Source: Candidatus Latescibacterota bacterium
GTDB lineage: Bacteria; Latescibacterota; UBA2968; UBA8231
Assembly (NCBI GenBank): GCA_965215195.1
Contig: CBDCDC010000002.1
Location: forward strand, 2,656,001 to 2,720,000
Direction of reading: 5' to 3'
DNA length: 64,000 nt
A program made the position numbers and the translations under genes. The notes under the pieces are model-generated. The model saw nothing but the letters and a program-made list of their open reading frames with translations, was not told the DNA's origin and ran no database searches. Positions within the stretch are counted from its first letter, which is position 1; each line of letters opens with the position of its first letter. Below are positions 57,723-64,000 of this stretch, in pieces.

Positions 57723-58895
57723 CTAGTGATCGGGGATCAACTGCTCGTAGCCGGCGAGTTCGGGCTTGTCCATCAGGGTAGCCAAGTGTGCGCCGAAGGC
57801 TTCCTGTGGGAAGACGTAGTCGAAGCTCGGTTCGCCTTGGCATTCGTAGTCGGGATAGAATTGACAGATGTTGGCTGGGCTGATCATCACATGGTTGACG
57901 GTGACCGCGGCCGGCACGTCGCGGCCAGCTAAGCGCATTAGGCTCAGCGGGATGAGATAGTTGCCGTAGCGCTCGGGGAAATAGGCGACCGAGGCGATAA
58001 AGTGCTCCTCGGCGACCATGGTCTCCAGCTCGTCGGCCCCCTTGCCTACGACCAGCGCGTCTTGGCCGCGCCCCTGCTGCTGCACAGCGCGCAACATGCC
58101 GGAGACCGACTGGTCGTTGATGGCGGTGATCAGAATCGGTGCGCCTTGGGGGATGCGGCCGAGTGCGTTGCTCATCTGTTGGAAGGAGTATTGCAGCGTG
58201 TTTTTGGTGTCGATGCGGATGATGCGCTCGGGCGGGAAGCCGGGCAGGGAGGCGAGGAAGCCGGCGAGCTGGCCCTCGGTGCGCATGGCCGGGATTGCGC
58301 CCGACTGGGGCAGCTCGCCGACGACGAAATACCCCTCTTGAAGTGCCCGATCGCCAAAGCGCGCTTTGGCTGCCTGCGCCAGATAGGAGCCGCCCATAAA
58401 GCCGGAGCGGGGGTTGTTGGCGCCGAAGTACGTAGCCCCCGGCATGGGTATGTCGATGGCGACCACCCCGATCTGCTGGCGGTTGAAGTGCTGCATGATG
58501 GCCGGGCCGAAGTTGACGTCGGTTTGGAACTCAATGCAGAAGTCAACTTGGCGGCGGGCAAAGCTCTCGGCATTGGCCAAAGCAGTCGGCCCGTCGAGCC
58601 GGTTGTCGGCGATCAGCAATTCGATGCCAGCGGCCTCGGCATTGCGCTCGATGCTCTTTTCGACCTTGATGCCAAAGCTGATGTCGCGCTGTAGGTTGGC
58701 GAAGCCAAAGACTAGGGCTTTGCCGTTTTTAGGGGGCGAGTGGTGCGCGGCTTCGGCGGCCATCGCCCGCAGAGTGTCAGGTGGAAGCGGCAGACCGTCA
58801 AAAGAAGCGGGGTCAAAGCCGTGGAAGCCTTCGCTTGATGCGGGGACCGGGGCGAGGAACAGACAAGCGAAGAGAATGAGTCGGATCGAGATCAT
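57723..58895 (-). CDS. Sugar ABC substrate-binding protein
   Basis: Signal peptide; periplasmic binding protein type I pattern; heads the operon. Confidence 0.85.
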   Translation of the reverse strand: MISIRLILFACLFLAPVPASSEGFHGFDPASFDGLPLPPDTLRAMAAEAAHHSPPKNGKALVFGFANLQRDISFGIKVEKSIERNAEAAGIELLIADNRLDGPTALANAESFARRQVDFCIEFQTDVNFGPAIMQHFNRQQIGVVAIDIPMPGATYFGANNPRSGFMGGSYLAQAAKARFGDRALQEGYFVVGELPQSGAIPAMRTEGQLAGFLASLPGFPPERIIRIDTKNTLQYSFQQMSNALGRIPQGAPILITAINDQSVSGMLRAVQQQGRGQDALVVGKGADELETMVAEEHFIASVAYFPERYGNYLIPLSLMRLAGRDVPAAVTVNHVMISPANICQFYPDYECQGEPSFDYVFPQEAFGAHLATLMDKPELAGYEQLIPDH

Positions 58896-59033
58896 AGATG
58901 CGCTTTCGTTTGGAATTGGGCTGAGAATATACGGAGCGGCTAGCGGGTGGCTCAAGGCGCGATTGCTTTTCAGGGACGATGCGGTTGGTTACTATTGAGC
59001 ACAAAGAAGCTACACAAAGAAAGGAAATATCAT

Positions 59034-59297
59034 ATGGAATTCGTTATCGTCTGGATTCTATGTGGGATTATCGGAGCGGTAGTTGCCACTAATAAGGGAC
59101 GAAGCGGTTGTGGCTGGTTTGCACTTGGCGTGTTATTTGGTCCCCTTGGTCTTGTTTTGGCTTTAGTCGTTCCTAAAAATCAGGAAGTGGTGGAAGAAAA
59201 AGCCGTTCAAAGTGGTGAGATGAAAAAGTGTCCATACTGTGCTGAACTGATAAAAACAGAAGCGGTCAAGTGCCGCTACTGTGGAGAAGAGATTTAA
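59034..59297 (+). CDS. Small membrane protein with C-terminal zinc ribbon
   Basis: TM-KGRS..GWF-TM then KKCPYCAE.IK.EA.KCRYCG; low GC. Confidence 0.82.
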   Translation: MEFVIVWILCGIIGAVVATNKGRSGCGWFALGVLFGPLGLVLALVVPKNQEVVEEKAVQSGEMKKCPYCAELIKTEAVKCRYCGEEI

Positions 59298-59307
59298 CGG
59301 AAAAAGG

Positions 59308-59399
59308 CTTACTACACGACACCAGCCACAGCCTTCCAAGGAGCGAGGGCGGGACGCCCTCAATCCCGGACATAGCGGGAGTAGGTGTAGTGTACTTAG
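59308..59399. mobile_element. MITE-like element, family A (copy 2)
   Basis: Ends cttactacacgacacc / ggtgtagtgtacttag; internal cgagggcgggacgccctcaatcccggac as at 3143-3170. Confidence 0.62.
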
Positions 59400-59419
59400 A
59401 GGAAAAGGTCTCGTGCTAA

Positions 59420-59557
59420 GAGGCTGTCTGAAAACTCTGGTGGTCGTCCCTTGCGTCTAAACGATCTCGGCTGGATGGCATCCCGCAAGGTGAAGCGCGG
59501 GAATGGCGGCGACCCTGCTTGTTCAACACGACTCAAGGTGGGTTTTCAGACCGCTTC
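59420..59557. mobile_element. MITE family B (copy 2), 138 bp, TAA target duplication
   Basis: taa-gaggctgtctgaaaac ... gttttcagaccgcttc-taa. Confidence 0.72.
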
Positions 59558-59591
59558 TAAGACAGCGACCCATCGCTAACAGGAGAGAATT

Positions 59592-60728
59592 ATGCTGACC
59601 AAAGAAGGATGCCGCACGCGGCAGCAACGTCTGTGTGCGCGGCTGGCCGAACTCGACATTGACGCGGCCGTGATCAACCATCCAAAGGAAATCTACTACT
59701 TCACCGGAATTATCATCCCCGAAGAATTTCCCGGCCCGCCAGCGATCTTTTGGCTGGGGGCCGATGGGCGATCCTTGCTGATCGCGCATACCGACGAAGG
59801 CGAGCCGTGCGCCGACGAGTGTTTCACCTTTTCCTTCAACGTCGGCGGCACAGTAACGCCCGACCTGCGCGAGGTGATAAGCGGGCTAATCGTCGATGTG
59901 CTGCGCGCCAAAAAGCCGGCCGCCGGTCGCTTGGGCTGGCAGAGCGAGTTTTTGCCGCGTCGCTTGGGACTGGCGGTTGAGGAAGGGTTGGGCAAAACGC
60001 CCGCATGGTTCGCAGTCGACGACCTGCTCGCCGACATGCAGGAGGTCAAGGACCCCGACGAAATCGAGCTATTGCGCAAGGCCGTGCAGGTCGATCTGGC
60101 CGCTTATGCCGCGGCCGAAGCGGCGATGGCTCCCGGCGTCAACGAGCTGGAGGTGCTAGCGGCCGCTCAGCGAGCAGCGCATCTTGCAGCCGGTGAAAAG
60201 GTTTTCCACGACGGCGATTACCAGTGCGGCGAGCTGGGCGGTTTTGCGCGCAATCGCCCGATTGAGGCCGGGGAACTCTACATCATCGACGCTTGGTCGG
60301 TGTACCGCGGCTACTGGGCCGACTTGTGCCGCAGCTTTGCGGTGGGCCAGCCGACCGAGGTACAGCAGTCCGTGTTCGAGCACGTCAAAGGCTTTCACGA
60401 CCGCGTCGGCGACTATTTGCGGCCGGGCAAGGATGGCCGCGAGTGCGCGGTGGCCATGGACGCCTATATCCGCGAGCATCCCAAACTGGCCGACGTCGGC
60501 TTGATCCACCACGCCGGGCACAACATCGGCCTGCGGGCGCACCAGATGCCCGATCTCAACAAGGAGCGCGGCGGCACCTTGCGGGTGGGCAATGTGGTCT
60601 CGGTCGAGCCGGGGGCCTATATCCCGCAGGCGCGGGCCGGGGTGCGGCTGGAAAACATGTACCTGATTACCGAAGATGGCTTGGAAAACTTGTCGCCGTA
60701 TCCGCTGGAGTTGGGAGCGCACTGTTGA
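59592..60728 (+). CDS. Xaa-Pro peptidase family (M24B) protein
   Basis: VKD.DEI, IIDA....GY.AD..R, H..GH.IG, VSVEPG.Y, GVRLEN. Confidence 0.9.
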   Translation: MLTKEGCRTRQQRLCARLAELDIDAAVINHPKEIYYFTGIIIPEEFPGPPAIFWLGADGRSLLIAHTDEGEPCADECFTFSFNVGGTVTPDLREVISGLIVDVLRAKKPAAGRLGWQSEFLPRRLGLAVEEGLGKTPAWFAVDDLLADMQEVKDPDEIELLRKAVQVDLAAYAAAEAAMAPGVNELEVLAAAQRAAHLAAGEKVFHDGDYQCGELGGFARNRPIEAGELYIIDAWSVYRGYWADLCRSFAVGQPTEVQQSVFEHVKGFHDRVGDYLRPGKDGRECAVAMDAYIREHPKLADVGLIHHAGHNIGLRAHQMPDLNKERGGTLRVGNVVSVEPGAYIPQARAGVRLENMYLITEDGLENLSPYPLELGAHC

Positions 60729-61525
60729 GCGAGGTGCTCGAATTTGCCGAAGACCTCGCCCGGTGCGCTGGTGTGATAATCGCCCAAGCACGGGCGGACC
60801 GGGTGCTGGACCTGAGCTACAAGGAAGGGATAGAGCTGTTGACGTCGGCCGATTTGCAGGCCGACCAGTTCATCCGCAGCGCGATCGAAAAGACCTTTCC
60901 CGCACACTACATCCTCTCCGAAGAGTCCTCGCCCGCCCTTGCAAATCCCGCCCAACTGCGCGGCCCCTTGTGGATCATCGACCCGATTGACGGCACCGTC
61001 AACTACGCCTATAACCAGCACCAAGTAGCCGTGTCTATCGCCTTTGCCGAAGGCGGCCAAGTGCAGGTCGGGGTGGTGCGCTGCCCGTTTGTAGAAGAGA
61101 CCTTTACCGCCCGGCGCGGTGCGGGTGCTTGGCTCAACGGCCGCGCCATTCGGGCCAGCAAGTGCAGCGAGCTACCCCGCGCCCTGATTGGCACGGGCTT
61201 TCCCTACGCCGCCGAGGCCAGAGTGGCGCTGGTGGAGCACCTGCGCCGCGTCCTCGGGCACTGCCGCGACATCCGCCGCGTAGGCTCGGCCGCTATTGAT
61301 CTCTGCTGGGTGGCAATGGGCCGGCTCGACGGCTTTTACGAGACGCTCAAGCCTTGGGACTTGGCGGCGGCAGCCCTGATTGCGCGGGAAGCAGGCGCTC
61401 GCGTCGGGCACTTACAACCCGTGCAGGGCGAGCTGCCGGAAGAATTGGACGGCCGCGACTTGGTCGCGGCTGCGCCGGGAATCTACGAACCATTGGTCGC
61501 GCTGTTGCGCGGGACCCCATCGTAG
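60725..61525 (+). CDS. Inositol monophosphatase family (SuhB-like)
   Basis: SEE, WIIDPIDGT.NY, TGFPY, R.GSAA.DL, PWDLAAA; TTG overlaps the upstream stop. Confidence 0.92.
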   Translation: MSEVLEFAEDLARCAGVIIAQARADRVLDLSYKEGIELLTSADLQADQFIRSAIEKTFPAHYILSEESSPALANPAQLRGPLWIIDPIDGTVNYAYNQHQVAVSIAFAEGGQVQVGVVRCPFVEETFTARRGAGAWLNGRAIRASKCSELPRALIGTGFPYAAEARVALVEHLRRVLGHCRDIRRVGSAAIDLCWVAMGRLDGFYETLKPWDLAAAALIAREAGARVGHLQPVQGELPEELDGRDLVAAAPGIYEPLVALLRGTPS

Positions 61526-61560
61526 AGACGACGCTTGTATGTTGAACATCCTCATGGCAC

Positions 61561-61630
61561 TCGGGCGCACTTTGACAAGCTCAGTGCGCGTTGAGCTATC
61601 GTGGGTGCTGAGCCTGTCGAAGTGCCCCGA
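61561..61630. repeat. REP-like inverted pair
   Basis: gcactttgacaagctcag ... ctgagcctgtcgaagtgc. Confidence 0.68.
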
Positions 61631-61672
61631 ATCGACGCGTCTAGCAACTCTTATATAAGGAGACGACAACCC

Positions 61673-62833
61673 ATGAAAATCAGCGACATCAAAGCCTATC
61701 CTACGTGGGTCGGCCACCGCAATCAGCTCATCGTCAAGGTCGAAACCGACGAAGGCATCCACGGCTGGGGCGAGTCCGGGCTATCCGGGCGCGAGCTCGC
61801 CGTAGTGGGCGCAGTGCGGCACTACCGGGAGTTTTTGCTCGGGCGCGACCCGCGCGAGATCGGGCGGCTCTGGCAGGAGATGTACCGCGGCCAATACTTT
61901 GAAGGCGGGCGGGTGTTGACCGCGGCGATTTCGGCCATTGACATCGCCTTGCACGACGTGGTGGGCAAGGCCCTCGGGGTGCCGGTGTACCAGCTTTTGG
62001 GCGGCAAGCAGCGCGAGTGGGTGCCCTGCTTTGCGACGACCGGAGCACCGGACCTAGAGACCTTGGTCAAAAACTGCAAGCTGCTGTTGGACAAGGGGTG
62101 GGACGTGATTCGCACGGGAATCGCCCAGCGCAAACAGTACGACGACGAGCGGCTGTTCGAGCCGCGCGAGACCATCGGCATCACGGCGGCTTGGCTGACG
62201 GAAGTGCGCCAAGAAATTGGTCCCGACCCGATCTTGGGCATTGACTATCACCATCGGCTGACGGTTGCCGAGAGCGCGTCGTTCTGCCAGAAGATGCGGC
62301 CGGGGACGCTCGACTTCCTCGAAGAACCCATCCGCGACGAGTGCCCGGAAGCCTACGAATCGCTCCGCACCATGACCGACGTGCCCTTTGCCATCGGCGA
62401 GGAGTTTGCCAGCAAATGGCAGTTTTTGCCCTATCTCGAACGGGGCATCGCGCAGTTTGCGCGGATCGACGTGTGCAACGTCGGCGGGCTGACCGAGTCG
62501 ATGAAGGTGGCGAGCTTGGCTGAGTCGCACTACATCGACCTGATGCCACACAATCCGCTGGGGCCAATCTGCACCGCCGCGACCGTGCATCTGGCGGCGG
62601 CCGTGCCCAACTTTGCGTGGCTTGAGCATCGGGTGACGCCGACCGAAGCAGGGAAGTTCATGGACGAGGAATTGTTTCCGGTGCAGTGCGAATTGGTGGG
62701 TTCCATGTTGAAGGTGCCCGAGGGGCCGGGGTTGGGCGTGGAGTTCAACGAGGAACTGGCCGCGGAGCAGGAGTTCAAGTTTTGGGAAGCGCCGCATTTG
62801 CGCCGGCGGGATGGGTCGCATACGAACTGGTAG
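61673..62833 (+). CDS. Galactonate dehydratase-like enolase superfamily protein
   Basis: VKVETDEG.HGWGE, IDIALHD..GKALGVPVYQLLGG, DYH, EEP, GEE, PHNPLGP; aaggag RBS. Confidence 0.92.
   Translation: MKISDIKAYPTWVGHRNQLIVKVETDEGIHGWGESGLSGRELAVVGAVRHYREFLLGRDPREIGRLWQEMYRGQYFEGGRVLTAAISAIDIALHDVVGKALGVPVYQLLGGKQREWVPCFATTGAPDLETLVKNCKLLLDKGWDVIRTGIAQRKQYDDERLFEPRETIGITAAWLTEVRQEIGPDPILGIDYHHRLTVAESASFCQKMRPGTLDFLEEPIRDECPEAYESLRTMTDVPFAIGEEFASKWQFLPYLERGIAQFARIDVCNVGGLTESMKVASLAESHYIDLMPHNPLGPICTAATVHLAAAVPNFAWLEHRVTPTEAGKFMDEELFPVQCELVGSMLKVPEGPGLGVEFNEELAAEQEFKFWEAPHLRRRDGSHTNW
62674..62823 (+). repeat. 3' end of the dehydratase gene, repeated at 63595-63669 with an internal 75-bp deletion
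   Basis: gtttccggtgcagtgcgaattggtggg..atgttgaaggtg and cgcatttgcgccggcgggatgggtcgcatac present in both copies. Confidence 0.9.
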
Positions 62834-63006
62834 TGGCTATTTTGAATGTTCCTCCAGATTAGTTGAACTTTTTTGGAGTTTACTCCAGAATGGTTCAGTG
62901 AATTCGATGTGGCAACTAAATATAGTTGCTCCTCTATACAGGGGGCATACATTCTTTTTTAGGAATGCGCTTAGATGCCTAAAGCCCTTGAACAGGAGGG
63001 ACTGAT

Positions 63007-63486
63007 ATGAAAGGCATGATGACTTATAAGGGTTACACCGGCTCGGTGCACTACGACGACGACGAGCGGATTTTCTACGGCAAGCTCGAATTTATCCGCG
63101 ATCTGGTCAATTACGAGGGGACGGATGTGGACTCACTGCGCTCCGCTTTTGAGGAAGCAGTGGATGGCTATCTCGACCTATGTCGGCAGGAAGGACGACA
63201 ACCCGAACAGCCGTTCAAAGGCAGTTTTAACGTGCGGATGAGCAGCCAACTACATCGGCGGGTAGCCCTATGCGCCAAGGAGAAGGGCGCAAACCTCAAC
63301 CAAGTGGTCAAAGAGGCGTTGGAGCAGTACTTGGCTGGCGTAGCCCCCCCTTCGCCAAGTGCCTCGCGTTCCTATTGGGAGCTAATGGCAGATATACGCG
63401 CTCGACAGCAGGTGCGTGGCCATAAACCCCCAACTCGGGAAGAGGTTGATGCCGCCCTACACACTGAGCGGGAAAGCTGGGAGTAG
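63007..63486 (+). CDS. HicB family antitoxin with extra C-terminal VapB-like tail
   Basis: YKGY.GSV.YD....FYG...AFEEAVD.YL..C...G..PE.PFKGSFNVR....LH; extension ends ...REEVDAAL..ERESWE. Confidence 0.85.
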   Translation: MKGMMTYKGYTGSVHYDDDERIFYGKLEFIRDLVNYEGTDVDSLRSAFEEAVDGYLDLCRQEGRQPEQPFKGSFNVRMSSQLHRRVALCAKEKGANLNQVVKEALEQYLAGVAPPSPSASRSYWELMADIRARQQVRGHKPPTREEVDAALHTERESWE

Positions 63487-63692
63487 TAACCTATGCGGCT
63501 TTACCTAGATCTGGATCGCTTTAGCGGTATTAGATATGAATTGGTAACAGATGGGCCAAGGAAAACTCCCCAGCCTGAATGACTTGAGTTAAAGGTTTCC
63601 GGTGCAGTGCGAATTGGTGGGGTCAATGTTGAAGGTGTCGCATTTGCGCCGGCGGGATGGGTCGCATACCCTAGCGGCGATGCAGGCAGCCG

Positions 63693-64000
63693 TCAGAAAA
63701 TTACCTCACCGGCCCACAGCGACTGTAAAAACGCGTTCCAAGGCACAATGCGGATTGGGCCGACGACGCGCTCCGCCGGTTCATTGCAAACGACGAGTGC
63801 TTTTGAGGGCGCGTATTCATCGATAAATGCGCGTAGAGGCCGAAGGGCCTTGTCTTCTACCCGGCTCGTGCCCTTTACCTCAATGGCCACCTCGCCGCTG
63901 CCCAGCACAAAGTCAACCTCCAACCCCGACTTTGTGCGCCAAAAGTGAATGTCGTAATGTAACGCGTTATAAGAAGCGTGTGCCCTCAATTCGCAAAAAA
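63693..64000 (-). CDS. 3' end of an AAA ATPase/DUF4143 (PD-(D/E)xK) protein, partial
   Basis: HFWRTKSGLEVDFVL....AIEVK motif; runs off the window edge. Confidence 0.82.
   Translation of the reverse strand, partial: FCELRAHASYNALHYDIHFWRTKSGLEVDFVLGSGEVAIEVKGTSRVEDKALRPLRAFIDEYAPSKALVVCNEPAERVVGPIRIVPWNAFLQSLWAGEVIF

Noticed and set aside
33640-63669. Duplicated gene 3' ends as DGR template/variable repeats
   Set aside because: Mismatches are not adenine-specific and are mostly silent, the targets are metabolic enzymes, and no reverse transcriptase is in the window.
1-64000. CRISPR array, rRNA, tRNA, integron attC array
   Set aside because: No regularly spaced repeat-spacer units, cloverleafs or rRNA-like tracts were seen; the repeats found are coding repeats, terminators or MITEs.

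Overview
GC-rich (roughly 62-66% by eye) bacterial chromosomal window. The gene content points to a Ca. Latescibacterota/Handelsmanbacteria- or Gemmatimonadota-like organism, possibly a marine sponge symbiont (inference only): secreted Ig/Calx-beta proteins with FlgD/T9SS-like C-terminal tails, an FDDFF dockerin-like motif, an internalin-like LRR lipoprotein, and many enolase, amidohydrolase, Gfo and sulfatase enzymes. The backbone holds carbohydrate/acid-catabolism genes, aconitase, a Gld-like ABC exporter, a TonB/ABC uptake system, a sugar ABC importer and three tandem large surface proteins. Many small, mostly lower-GC toxin-antitoxin/nuclease cassettes are inserted into this backbone (Uma2 x2, HicBA, NYN, degenerate HicAB, Panacea+PemK-like, MvaI/BcnI-type RM, HicB-VapB chimera). 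The strongest unexplained pattern is that three cassettes sit between long (75-150 bp) direct copies of the 3' end of the adjacent housekeeping gene, with no integrase or transposase in the window and mostly synonymous differences between copies. Other points: a structured leader RNA plus terminator directly ahead of the NYN nuclease (type III TA-like layout); an RM segment that splits a host gene with a 6-bp duplication; two MITE families; REP-like palindromes; a rhomboid gene with an in-frame TAA; and apparent strong CCWGG depletion. No rRNA, tRNA or CRISPR array was seen.
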